Origin: Candidatus Atribacteria bacterium
GTDB lineage: Bacteria; Atribacterota; Atribacteria; Atribacterales; Atribacteraceae
NCBI GenBank assembly: GCA_026390275.1
Contig: JAPLGF010000116.1
Location: 1-35,780, forward strand
Direction of reading: 5' to 3'
DNA: 35,780 bases
This document shows positions 1 to 9,634 of the stretch, piece by piece. The first letter of the stretch is position 1, and each line of letters starts with the position of its first letter. A program made the translations under genes and the position numbers. The notes beneath the pieces were generated by a model that worked only from the letters and a program-made list of their open reading frames with translations, made no database searches and was not told where the DNA came from.

Positions 1-15
1 GATAGAACGAGTTTA

Positions 16-1083
16 TCATATGTGTTCATTTTCCACCTTTTTTCGGCTCCACCAATCGATGATCCGTTGCCAGGAAAGTTCTCTGCCCCCAAAAAGGCCT
101 TTTCGATAGAAAATCATCAGCACTACCAGCATCGCAGAAAAAACCACCATTCTCATCCCCGGAATACCAGGGAAGGTCCAGGAACCAATGGTGTGTGGTG
201 CTTCCACTTCCCGGAGAATCTCTTGCAGAAAAGAGAACAAAATAGCAGTGATTGCCGAACCGGTGATACTCCCCAAGCCCCCCAAAACAATAATGATGAG
301 GAGATTAAAAGTCATCCCAAAAGTAAAAAGGGAGGGAGAAACGGTACTGATCAAGGTGACAAACAATCCCCCGGAAATACCAGCAAAAAAGCCACTGAGG
401 GCAAAGGCCAGAAGCTTATGCCGGAAAAGGTTCACCCCCATGGATTCGGCAGCGATTTCATCCTCCCGGATGGCTTTCAATGCCCGACCGAAACTGGAAT
501 TGACCAGGCTTTTGATCAGGTACACCGTGACAAAAGACCAGCCCGCTGTCCACCAGAGATTGGTGTACTGGGGAATCCCTTTGATACCGAGCGCTCCATT
601 CGTCAGTGGGATAAAATTATTCGCCAGAACGATGACTATTTCTCCGAATCCAAAAGTAGCAATGGCTAAATAATCTCCCCGCAACCTCAATGTGGGAACA
701 CCAATTACCAGAGCACCCAGCGCTCCCGCAAACCCTCCCAATATCAGCGCGACGATAAACAGAAAAGGTGGAAAAGAAAAAGCACTAAAAGGCCACATTA
801 ATGGGGTTAAGAAATAGACTTCGATTTTCTGCGAAATGGGGAGCATGAGAATGGCCACGGTGTAGGCACCCAAAACCATGAAGGCATTCGGACCGAGGGA
901 AAATTGACCGGCTACTCCATTGATCAGGTTAAAGGCCACTGCTACCACCAGGTAGATACAGGCGGTGTTAAAAATACGGATGAGGTAAGCATTGAGATAG
1001 CGATTGGCTAACCACACTCCAAACATCATGAGAACAAACAGAATCAGGGTGAGAATGGCATCTCGTTTATTCTTTTTGATCAT
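16..1083 (-). CDS. livM: branched-chain amino acid ABC transporter permease, LivM-type
   Basis: 355-aa ORF that is hydrophobic throughout. It has the LivM-like core GQFSLGPNAFMVLGAYT. It starts 4 nt after the livH-like ORF stops, which fits operon context. Confidence 0.85.
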   Translation of the reverse strand: MIKKNKRDAILTLILFVLMMFGVWLANRYLNAYLIRIFNTACIYLVVAVAFNLINGVAGQFSLGPNAFMVLGAYTVAILMLPISQKIEVYFLTPLMWPFSAFSFPPFLFIVALILGGFAGALGALVIGVPTLRLRGDYLAIATFGFGEIVIVLANNFIPLTNGALGIKGIPQYTNLWWTAGWSFVTVYLIKSLVNSSFGRALKAIREDEIAAESMGVNLFRHKLLAFALSGFFAGISGGLFVTLISTVSPSLFTFGMTFNLLIIIVLGGLGSITGSAITAILFSFLQEILREVEAPHTIGSWTFPGIPGMRMVVFSAMLVVLMIFYRKGLFGGRELSWQRIIDWWSRKKVENEHI

Positions 1084-1087
1084 TGGT

Positions 1088-1981
1088 TTATACTTTCTCC
1101 TTCAACGTTTCACCCATGATGCCGCTTGGCTTGATAAGCAGGAAGACGATGAGAAGAGCGAAAACGAAGGCATCACGGTAACCGGTCAGGCTGGGGAAAA
1201 AGGCAGCAATCAGTATTTCAGCCAATCCAATGATAAACCCTCCGATCATGGCCCCGACCACGTTTCCGATTCCCCCGATCACCGCTGCCGTAAACGCTTT
1301 CCACCCGGGAAATATCCCCATTAACGGGTTGATCTGGGGATATTTACAGGCCCACATAACTCCTCCGGCACTGGCCAATGCCGACCCCAAAGCAAAGGTA
1401 TAAAGAATGATCTGATCAACATTCACACCCATTAAACGAGTGGTCTCCATATCTTTGGCCATCGCTCTCATGGCCATTCCCACTTTGGTTTTATACACAA
1501 TGAAAAAGAGGACAATAAGAATAAGTACACTGATAATAGGAACCCAAAAGGTCACTCCCTGAATCCGGGCACCGGCAATAAAATACACATGCTTCATGAG
1601 TTCTGGGCGGGGAAATCCTTTTGGGCGGGCACCGACGGTCACCAAGCCCAGGTTCTCGAGAAAGAACGAGACTCCTACCGCGGTTATCAACGCGGAAATT
1701 CGAGGGGCATTCCGAAGAGGCCGATAGGCCACTCGTTCAATAGCCATCCCCACCAGCGCACAGAGACCGATGGCAATGAGCACCGAAAGCCACCAGGGAA
1801 GAAGGAAAACACCAATCATAAAAAAAGCGAAGTAGGTTCCTAACATGAAAACGTCGCTGTGAGCGAAGTTGATCAATCCCAGGATACCATACACCAGGGT
1901 ATAACCAATTGCCAGAAGGGCATACAGACTCCCCAAGGAGATACCATTCATGAGTTGCTGGAAAAATGTGACCAGGTTCAT
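1088..1981 (-). CDS. livH: branched-chain amino acid ABC transporter permease, LivH-type
   Basis: 297-aa multi-pass membrane ORF. The N-terminus FFQQLMNGISLGSLYALLAIGYTLVYGILGLINFAHSD is typical of LivH. AAGGAAGAAG lies upstream of the ATG. Confidence 0.85.
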   Translation of the reverse strand: MNLVTFFQQLMNGISLGSLYALLAIGYTLVYGILGLINFAHSDVFMLGTYFAFFMIGVFLLPWWLSVLIAIGLCALVGMAIERVAYRPLRNAPRISALITAVGVSFFLENLGLVTVGARPKGFPRPELMKHVYFIAGARIQGVTFWVPIISVLILIVLFFIVYKTKVGMAMRAMAKDMETTRLMGVNVDQIILYTFALGSALASAGGVMWACKYPQINPLMGIFPGWKAFTAAVIGGIGNVVGAMIGGFIIGLAEILIAAFFPSLTGYRDAFVFALLIVFLLIKPSGIMGETLKEKV

Positions 1982-1997
1982 TCTCTTCTTCTTCCTT

Positions 1998-2021
1998 GGC
2001 CGGGCAGTTTACTGCCCGGCC
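1998..2021 (-). promoter_or_regulatory. intercistronic stem-loop between the binding-protein gene and livH
   Basis: Perfect 10-bp inverted repeat GGCCGGGCAG/CTGCCCGGCC (1998-2007 and 2012-2021) with a 4-nt loop. There is no U-tract on the transcribed (minus) strand. Confidence 0.5.
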
Positions 2022-2029
2022 TTCATTGA

Positions 2030-2965
2030 TTATTGCGGAATAATAGTTTTGACGATAACAAAGGTCCCTTTTTCAACTTTTCGAACCACGACCGGTTTAA
2101 TGGCATCGCCCTTCTGAATGGTCACTTTCCCGGTGATGACATCCAGGTCTTTGGTACTTTCCATGGCTTCCCGAATTTTGACCGGATCGGCACTTCCCGC
2201 CTTTTCGATGGCTTTTATGAGAATGACGTAGGTGTCTGCTCCCAATGCGCTGAAGGAACTGGATGTCTTATTATATTTCTCTTCATACTTATCGATATAC
2301 TTCTGAGCCAGCTCGTTCAAGCCCTTGTTGGCATCCCAAATGGCCGTATGATAGATCCCTTCTACCGCATCGCCACCAACGCTGAAGAGTTCCGGAGCGT
2401 CGGCACCATCGTCAGAAAGAATCGTTCCTTAAAATCCTATGTCTCGGGCCTGCCGGCAAATGAGGGCAGCCTTCAGATCGGTCTTGGCAAATTCGGCACC
2501 GGCTGCTGCCTGATAGGGATCCAGGAAACAGGCGCGGAACACATAGGTCTTCCCTTGGGTCACCAGCGGATTGGTGGCTGAGGCAGAAATAACGGGGATT
2601 TTTTGCTCCTCGCAGATGGGTCCGATGGCCAGCATACTCCCGCTGATAGCAGGTCCAATAATGGCCACTACTTTTTCTTTCTCGATGAGACGGATCGCGG
2701 CATTGGCTGATTCCACCTTATCGCTCTTATTATCAACCAAAAACAGCTCGACCTTTTTCCCAAGAACGGTGTCACCCAAAATCTCTTTTGCTAAATTGAT
2801 ACCTTCCCAAATCATCTGTCCATAAGCCGCAACCGCGCCAGTCATTTCCAGGTTCGCGCCAATTCGGATGGTATCCTGGGCCAAAGTGGAAAAAGACCCT
2901 CCCAAAAGAACCACCAACATCAGTCCCAAACATACGATTTTTTTCAAAATATCATCCCCTTCCAT
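2030..2965 (-). pseudogene. Liv-type (type 1 periplasmic binding fold) amino-acid binding protein, interrupted by an in-frame TAA and apparently internally deleted
   Basis: ORFs 2429-2965 and 2030-2320 are in the same frame (2965-2320=645). The only break is a TAA at 2426-2428, giving ...ARDIGF*GTILSDDGADAPELFSVGGDAVEGIYHTAIWDANKGLNELAQ... A signal peptide is present. The whole reading is about 310 codons, against about 380-390 usual for the family. Confidence 0.7.
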
Positions 2966-3270
2966 AAAATAAATTTAAATAAAATTAGCACTTGTTGGAG
3001 ATGTTTGTCAAGAATGAAAAGACAACTATGCCCACCTATGCTACCATCAGAGCAATGAAAAATCACATTTTTAAAGAAATATGGCGGTCAGATCGCTATT
3101 TTTCCTTTTCTCTGTTTTTAAAAATACTTTCCGTTTCTTCGGATTGACACTCCAGAACACAAAGTCCATAATGCCAACCAAAAAGCAGAAGAACTGGAAC
3201 AGACCTTACGTCGATCGTTAAAAAACGGAGTGATGTTCAACATGATGGAAGTCCAAAAGAGTCTGGTATT

Positions 3271-4134
3271 ATGAATAGACAACGACGTCAGGCAAAAACT
3301 CTGGCACTTCATCTTTTCCAGCTACTGGGAATACTATTCTTTCTGATATTCAGTGGGATGGTCGCCTCGGCCCAAAACGAGACTCTGGACGAAGGACGGA
3401 TCAGAGCTGCTCAATCAGATATCAACCAGGCTGAACGACTCCTGACCAGTATTCTCCGGTGTGGTCTCAAGGGAGATTCCACTGTTCGGTCTCTTTCCCA
3501 TCAACTTCCCGAGTGGAAACACCTGTTGAATGATCTTGGCACCTACCGTTCGACCATCAAGGACGTACAATGGGATGTCACACAGATAGTGATCTCCTGG
3601 AAAGATAAGGCTTTCCCCGAAAAATGGCAAAAAATGAAAGAAGAAGACCGGCAAGAATTTCGAAAACGCATCATCATTCTTTTGGATACCGTACCCAAAA
3701 CGCTCGATGAGGGTGATGTTCTCCTGGCCTTAATCGATGAAAAAAGCCAACCGTCGTTGCAAGACTTTTCCAATGAGTTTGCAAAAAGCCAGAAATGCTT
3801 TCAACAACAGGCCAACCATATCTCGGAACTCATCCAAAACATTCAATCCCTTCTCCGTCCTTTCCTTCACGTACCAGAGGCCTTGACGCTTCTCAAAAAA
3901 TCCAGTCGTCTCCAAAACGAACTCCAGACCAGGCAAGCAGGATTTCACAATTCATTTGATCAGGCTCAACGTCTTATCAAGGACGGGAAAAAAATCAAGC
4001 GAGAGATCTCAGACACCCGAGATGATATCGCTCTCTCCCTGACCGATACCATGAGAAAACTACCTCGACTGGAACAGTGTCGGGACTTCCTTGCCTCACT
4101 CCTGGTAACCCCCTCCCCGGATTCCTTGCCCTGA
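3271..4134 (+). CDS. hypothetical secreted, mainly alpha-helical protein
   Basis: 287-aa ORF. The N-terminus has a basic stretch, a hydrophobic segment and ASAQ, which looks like a signal peptide. I recognise no family. Confidence 0.5.
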   Translation: MNRQRRQAKTLALHLFQLLGILFFLIFSGMVASAQNETLDEGRIRAAQSDINQAERLLTSILRCGLKGDSTVRSLSHQLPEWKHLLNDLGTYRSTIKDVQWDVTQIVISWKDKAFPEKWQKMKEEDRQEFRKRIIILLDTVPKTLDEGDVLLALIDEKSQPSLQDFSNEFAKSQKCFQQQANHISELIQNIQSLLRPFLHVPEALTLLKKSSRLQNELQTRQAGFHNSFDQAQRLIKDGKKIKREISDTRDDIALSLTDTMRKLPRLEQCRDFLASLLVTPSPDSLP

Positions 4135-4137
4135 AAG

Positions 4138-5400
4138 CTATCGACACGCTCTGAATGCCTCGAAAAGAGTGATCAGGTTTTCCTGAGGGATATTGGCTTG
4201 CAGGTTATGGACGGTATTCCACACAAATCCTCCCCCCGGACGGAAAACGTCAATCAGATGCTTCACTTCCTGACGGATATCTTCCGGTGTTCCAAAGGGA
4301 AGAGTATGCTGGGTATCGATACCTCCTCCCCAAAAGGTAAAAAGTTCACCATACTCTTTCTTCAGGGATCCAGGATCCATATTGACAGCGGAAATCTGAA
4401 CCGGATTCAAGATATCAAAACCCGCTTCATGCAAGTCCAGGAGAAGTTCCTTTACCGAACCGCAGGTATGGATGAATGTCTTCCATCCACTGTGCTGGTG
4501 GATCCAGGCATTGATTCTTTTGTGGAAGGGTTTGAACAACACCTCATACAACTCCCGGGATATAAAAAGACCATTCTGTGACCCAAAATCAGCGGCCGAA
4601 ACGACGATCACCTGGATTTTTTCCCCCACCGCCTGGTAAAAACGTTGAAGGTTCTCTAAGGCAATATCGGTCATCCGGGTAAACACATCGTGCAAAAAGG
4701 TTTTCCTGGTTACCAGGGATACATACCATTCTTCCACGTCCCGGATTCCCCGGGGATTCAAGAGAGCACATCCGGGAATGTGAGCGATATCACCCAAATT
4801 GGTTCCCGCTACTCCTCGAGAGATAATAGCAAAATCTGTTTCCTCGTAGAGCCGGATAGTTTCTACTTCTGTCCAACGAAGTTGTTCCTCACTCATAACC
4901 TGGTATTCTTCGGTCTGGTTCTCGACTGTCAGTTCGTTTTCATCCAGAACCGGTTTCCGGATGATGGCATCATGGTAGAATCCCCCTCCCGGCATCCGAG
5001 CGGAAGGGGGACGAGAACGATCTCCCCGTGGGTATTGCACGATGCTTCCATTTCGATCAGGTTCAGTGTTGAACAGACCCGGGATCAAAACCGGGGTTCC
5101 ATCAAAAAGACGCCATGGTTTCCAATCCGTATTCGGAAAACCAAAAAAATTACTGGGGGATGAAAGTGGAATCGTATCAATGCCCAGCACTCTTCGTAAA
5201 TCCTCATCAACTTCTCCCAACATCAAAAAGGGGTTACTCACCTTCACTGGTTCATCGGGGGTGATCAACCCCAAAGCGACCTTGAGCGAGTGCAGGCTGC
5301 TGACATGGATCCCGGTGACACTGGTACCGCCCAGATCTAACGGAATTCGGTCTGGTTCCATATGATTCAATGTAGAAAGAACTCTTTCTCTGGAATTCAT
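4138..5400 (-). CDS. uroporphyrinogen decarboxylase (URO-D) family / MtaA-like protein, paralogue 1
   Basis: 420 aa. The N-terminus is MNSRERVLSTLNHMEPDRIPLDLGG. The C-terminal half has FIHTCGSV...GFDILNPVQ...FWGGGIDTQ...PGGGFVWNTVHN. AAGGAG lies 9 nt upstream of the ATG. Confidence 0.8.
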   Translation of the reverse strand: MNSRERVLSTLNHMEPDRIPLDLGGTSVTGIHVSSLHSLKVALGLITPDEPVKVSNPFLMLGEVDEDLRRVLGIDTIPLSSPSNFFGFPNTDWKPWRLFDGTPVLIPGLFNTEPDRNGSIVQYPRGDRSRPPSARMPGGGFYHDAIIRKPVLDENELTVENQTEEYQVMSEEQLRWTEVETIRLYEETDFAIISRGVAGTNLGDIAHIPGCALLNPRGIRDVEEWYVSLVTRKTFLHDVFTRMTDIALENLQRFYQAVGEKIQVIVVSAADFGSQNGLFISRELYEVLFKPFHKRINAWIHQHSGWKTFIHTCGSVKELLLDLHEAGFDILNPVQISAVNMDPGSLKKEYGELFTFWGGGIDTQHTLPFGTPEDIRQEVKHLIDVFRPGGGFVWNTVHNLQANIPQENLITLFEAFRACR

Positions 5401-5624
5401 TCCTGTCCACTCCTTCGAAGGTGTTTACCGGGAAACGGGTTCATATCTTTTATTGTGCCAGGAACTGGTATGGTTGTCTATAAAAAAAAATATTTCCCTT
5501 CCACAATCTCTGGCCGTTCTATCTCTTTTTCCGATATAATAATTCAAAAGATAATGAGGGGGCATTCGAATACCATGATTCACCATCAACCACTCCGATG
5601 GAATGAATACAGGAGGACTTTCGG

Positions 5625-6494
5625 ATGAAGCGTATCCTGCCCATTTTTTTCGTGTTGTGTTTGCTGGTCTGGTATCAGGAAAACGCTGGTGCCATTCTTC
5701 CCCTTTTCACTCGTGAAATTCCAGAAAAGAACCCGCTTACCATCGGGTCATCGATCTTGGTCTGGCAGGATTCGGATACCGGGGACATCTATATGAAAAA
5801 GGACGGAAAAACCATTCTCTTAATCCGGAAAAGTCCAGTTCCTTCCGAAAATCCCGCTGTCTCCCCCACCCCTTCTCAGGAAAACCCTCGATCGACTCCC
5901 AGTAATGGGCAAGAAGTCCCACCACCAGAAAAACCCTCTCCCTCTCCGGAAAGCAAGGGTCAATTCGCCATCGACCGGTCGGTTACTGGATGGGTTCGTT
6001 TAGGATACAGTAAAGACGCAGGATTGGTGGGAATGTACTTCATCGATAATCAGAGTATTCAAAAAAACACCATCGGTACCAGTCCTTTCATCACCCTTTC
6101 CGCAAAGTACCAGCTGGATACGTCGGAAAGTCCCGCGACCACTCGCTTGATTTGGACCACCATACGAACAATCACCAATCAAGAAAAAACAGTTCCCAAC
6201 ATGATTCCGATCGACATCGGGGGAACTCAATGGACAATCAAAGTCTTCTCCCATGAGACCGGATGGAACATCCAATCGGTTGTCGTTCACCTTCTTTTCG
6301 ATCCCACCAACATCCGGGAGTTAACGCTCAAAAAAGAGTATTTTACTGTAAAAGATAAATTGATTGCGTCCTCTCAGGTGCAGGAAATGCCCACTCCCAC
6401 CACTGACCTGGAAAAATTACCCTGGAGTTTTTTAGCTGATGATTCATCCGGAAAAGTTTTACTGGATTATAGCCAGGAATATCTTTCCCAATAA
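5625..6494 (+). CDS. hypothetical secreted protein with a Pro/Ser-rich linker
   Basis: 289 aa. It has a signal peptide MKRILPIFFVLCLLVWYQENAGA, a P/S/E-rich low-complexity stretch, then a beta-rich domain. AGGAGGA lies upstream. Confidence 0.5.
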   Translation: MKRILPIFFVLCLLVWYQENAGAILPLFTREIPEKNPLTIGSSILVWQDSDTGDIYMKKDGKTILLIRKSPVPSENPAVSPTPSQENPRSTPSNGQEVPPPEKPSPSPESKGQFAIDRSVTGWVRLGYSKDAGLVGMYFIDNQSIQKNTIGTSPFITLSAKYQLDTSESPATTRLIWTTIRTITNQEKTVPNMIPIDIGGTQWTIKVFSHETGWNIQSVVVHLLFDPTNIRELTLKKEYFTVKDKLIASSQVQEMPTPTTDLEKLPWSFLADDSSGKVLLDYSQEYLSQ

Positions 6495-6626
6495 ATACCC
6501 TGAAAATGATGTTGAGTTGTGGAGTTGGAAAAGATATTCACCTATCCCCTAAAATGAACATCCTGAGGGAATCCCCCCTTTTTTTTGACCAAAGGGAGGA
6601 ATTTGGGAGAAAGTTGAAGGGAGCGC

Positions 6627-7637
6627 ATGCAGAATATTAACGATGGTAAGGAAAAAGAAATCCCTCTGAGCGATGAGCACCAGAGACTGCTGGCAGTTTT
6701 TTACCAAATTGACCAGCCAATTTATATTTCTGATCCCGAAACATACGATATCTTGTTTATCAACCCAGCCCTGCAAAAGAAAATGGGTAGTGTTTTGGGA
6801 CAAAAATGTTTCCGGGTCCTCCATGGTTTTCGTTCACCCTGCATCTTCTGTACCAATCAAACCATTTTTCACGAAAAAAAAGGGGAAACCCTGGTATGGG
6901 AATTTTTTAACCAGAACGATAAGCACTGGTATCGCTGTATTGATAAATCAATACCCTGGCCGGATGGACACCATGTTCGCTATGAAATGGCCATCGACAT
7001 CACCCGGGAAAAAAGAACGGAAATTCAGTTCAAACAAATGCTGGATAACATGCAAAAAACCATGGAAGGAACCGTCCAGGCCATTTCTAATATGGTGGAA
7101 ATGCGGGATCCGTACATTGCAGGCCATCAAAAACAGGTATCCCAGCTGGCCTGTGCCATCGCCCATGAGATGGGATACCCCGGCGAGCGAATCCAGGGGA
7201 TCCGGTTGGCCGGGTTACTCCATGACATTGGTAAAATTTATCTCCCCCGCGAGATTCTCATGAAGCCCAACCCGCTTACCGATATCGAATTCAACATGAT
7301 CAAAAATCACCCCGAAATCAGTTATAACATTTTAAAAAATATTGAATTCTCCTGGCCGGTGGTCCATATCATTCTCCAACATCATGAGAGAATCGACGGG
7401 TCGGGATATCCGAAAGGACTGAAAGAACGCGATATTCTCCCGGAAGCGAAAATCCTTTCCGTTGCTGATGTCATTGAAGCCATGGTTTCTCAACGACCGC
7501 ACCGGACTCCCTTCCACCTGGAAGAAGCCCTCGATGAAATCAACCGTCATAAAGCGGTTCTCTATGATCCGGACGTGGTAGAAGCCTGTCTTTCACTCTT
7601 TTCAAAAAAAGTGTTTCAATTTGAATCCGAAATGTAA
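6627..7637 (+). CDS. Cys-rich PAS-like sensor domain fused to an HD-GYP domain (putative c-di-GMP phosphodiesterase)
   Basis: 336 aa. The HD-GYP signatures are LLHDIGKI...HHERIDGSGYPKGL. The N-terminal roughly 130 aa looks PAS-like and contains CFRVLHGFRSPCIFC. Confidence 0.8.
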   Translation: MQNINDGKEKEIPLSDEHQRLLAVFYQIDQPIYISDPETYDILFINPALQKKMGSVLGQKCFRVLHGFRSPCIFCTNQTIFHEKKGETLVWEFFNQNDKHWYRCIDKSIPWPDGHHVRYEMAIDITREKRTEIQFKQMLDNMQKTMEGTVQAISNMVEMRDPYIAGHQKQVSQLACAIAHEMGYPGERIQGIRLAGLLHDIGKIYLPREILMKPNPLTDIEFNMIKNHPEISYNILKNIEFSWPVVHIILQHHERIDGSGYPKGLKERDILPEAKILSVADVIEAMVSQRPHRTPFHLEEALDEINRHKAVLYDPDVVEACLSLFSKKVFQFESEM

Positions 7638-7714
7638 CCTTCCCCAGGAAACCCCGGGGGGAACGATCGAGAACGGACCAATCCCTCTCGTCCATCGTCC
7701 ACCCGTTTGAATCT

Positions 7715-9634
7715 TCAGCGGTATTCTTTGTAAGAGCCAGAGACAATCTGATCGTTTTGGCATTTAAATTCCGCAAATTTTCTGCCGTCTTCGTACCACT
7801 TCGTCCATTTCCCTTCCCGCCGATTATCCTTATAGGGACCCTGGGATTCAATTTTTCCGTTTTGATAATACTTCGTCCATATGCCCTCCTTCCCGTTCTG
7901 CCGGTAGGATCCTTTCTGCCCCTGGGAACCATTTTCATACCAGGAGATCCACACCCCTTCTTTTTGTCCATTCAGATACTCTCCCTGGGATTTCTTTTTC
8001 CCACTGGGATACCAGGATGTTTCCATTCCCTGTCTGATTTCACTTCCATCGGGAGAGGTATAGAAGGAATACTCGACTTTTAACTTTCCGTTCGAATATT
8101 TCTCCCGAAAGATTTGGAGTTCATGCTGCTGGTTCCTGATTCCGGGAATGATCTCTATCTCCACGGTTTGATTATCAGAAAGGGGAGGTTTTGGTTCATC
8201 AATCGATATTTTCACTTTTTGCATCCCGATCATTTTCCCGTTCGCTTTATTGAATGCTTTTACACTCAATACGAACTGTCCTTTTTTGGAATACACATGA
8301 TCAACACTGGTGTCTTCGGTACTGAGTACTTTTGTTCCATCCCCAAAAATCCAGAGGAGCTTCACCCTCCATCCTTGGGCTGTAGCGGGAAGAGTCACCT
8401 GGAAGGAATATTTTTCTCCTACTCTTCCCTTTTCAATGAATGGGGGAGTCACCTGCAGGGAGATCACTTCCCCTTCTCCCTGACCACCGTTCTGGGAAGT
8501 GGGAACCGGGGTTTTGGTGGGAACCGGGGTGGGAGAGGAAGCTGGGGTTGGACTGGGAATAGAAGTCGGTTCGATCCCCACCACATTGAATGCTCCGTTC
8601 ACCCTGTTTACCGGTAACGACATTCCCTTCGCGCTGGTGAGTTCAATATTATCCAGATTGAGTGGGGATTCCCTCCCAGCAGAAATGTCTTTCATAACCA
8701 GCAGCCGAATGAGGGCTATCGTCCCATTCTCACCCGTCAAAGGATTCCCATCCGGTTCCTGGATGAGAATCCGAACTCGTCCGGGTTCCAAAATTTGCGA
8801 ACTCGCCATCCACTTGACGTTGATTTCTCCCGGGAGAATTCCGAGAAATTGCAGGACCTCGGAGTTAAAAACTAATTCCCCCTGAATACGGCTGGTTTTT
8901 TGGTATCCACTGAAAAAGACCGGGAGTTCGATCATCTCCGCGGGTTTCCCACCAAGGAAAGGAAGAGATAGAGTGGAAACGGGAGCTGGTTGGGAAGTGG
9001 TAAACGAGAAAACAAAGGTCTCAATCAGGGGATTTCCTACCCCATCAATGACGGAACGGGCAGGGAGAATAACCTGATAAACCATACCCGAGTTAAAAGG
9101 TGAATTGGTTTTGAGGGTGAGGGTTGTTTCCGTCAAGTCTTTTGTCAGTTCGATCTGATTCTGATTCACATCCAAGATGACGATCGAAGCAAATTCATCT
9201 CCGGCATGAACTGCTTCGCTGAAGTGGAGCACCACCGGAGTGTCGACCGGGATGTCATCGGATCCGGTGATGGGATCGGTGGTGGTGACGGTGGGCGGAA
9301 TGAGATCAGATGGTGTGGCACTCGGTTCGGGGGTGGGAGAAGGAATCGATTCCGGGGTGGGGGAAAAGTCAGGGAGACCACTGGTGGGAACCGGTGCGGG
9401 AGTGAATGGAATCAAAAGGGTGGGGAGTGGTTCCGGAGTCAGTTCGGGAGGAGGAGAAGAAACGGGACTCATAGATGGCGGGAAGTCCGGTAATCCCGCG
9501 GTTGCCGATGGTTCCAGGGTGGGAAGAGGAATGGGTTCAGGAGAAACGGTCGGCAAGAGGGTGGGAATTGGTTGCACGGTGATATCCGGTAAGGTATTGG
9601 ATACCGGGGAAGGAGTGGGACTGATTACCACCAC
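7715..9634 (-). CDS. large surface protein: P/T/S linkers, Ig-like domain, cohesin-like domain, PKD domain, C-terminal MORN/YwqK-type repeats. The true 5' end is probably at 9762 (see findings)
   Basis: 639-aa ORF starting at a GTG. The PKD motif is WIFGDGTKV...VDHVYSKKGQFVLSVKAFN. The cohesin-like stretch is IELPVFFSGYQKTSRIQGELVFNSEVLQFLGILPGE. It ends in repeated G.W..WY.NG units. The annotated N-terminus has no signal peptide. Confidence 0.75.
   Translation of the reverse strand: MVVISPTPSPVSNTLPDITVQPIPTLLPTVSPEPIPLPTLEPSATAGLPDFPPSMSPVSSPPPELTPEPLPTLLIPFTPAPVPTSGLPDFSPTPESIPSPTPEPSATPSDLIPPTVTTTDPITGSDDIPVDTPVVLHFSEAVHAGDEFASIVILDVNQNQIELTKDLTETTLTLKTNSPFNSGMVYQVILPARSVIDGVGNPLIETFVFSFTTSQPAPVSTLSLPFLGGKPAEMIELPVFFSGYQKTSRIQGELVFNSEVLQFLGILPGEINVKWMASSQILEPGRVRILIQEPDGNPLTGENGTIALIRLLVMKDISAGRESPLNLDNIELTSAKGMSLPVNRVNGAFNVVGIEPTSIPSPTPASSPTPVPTKTPVPTSQNGGQGEGEVISLQVTPPFIEKGRVGEKYSFQVTLPATAQGWRVKLLWIFGDGTKVLSTEDTSVDHVYSKKGQFVLSVKAFNKANGKMIGMQKVKISIDEPKPPLSDNQTVEIEIIPGIRNQQHELQIFREKYSNGKLKVEYSFYTSPDGSEIRQGMETSWYPSGKKKSQGEYLNGQKEGVWISWYENGSQGQKGSYRQNGKEGIWTKYYQNGKIESQGPYKDNRREGKWTKWYEDGRKFAEFKCQNDQIVSGSYKEYR

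Noticed and set aside
22-1324. Plus-strand ORFs 22-669, 188-673 and 1004-1324, antisense to livM and livH
   Set aside because: They are shadow ORFs opposite well-supported membrane-permease genes. Their translations are compositionally odd and have no start signals.
6560-6600. A possible terminator (a T8 run after GGGAATCCCCCC) downstream of ORF 5625-6494
   Set aside because: The only possible stem is about 4 bp (GGGA/TCCC), which is too weak for an intrinsic terminator.
7540-7971. A 143-aa minus-strand ORF overlapping the 3' ends of the HD-GYP gene and the surface-protein gene
   Set aside because: It overlaps two better-supported genes in alternative frames. Its sequence is basic and low-complexity, with no RBS.
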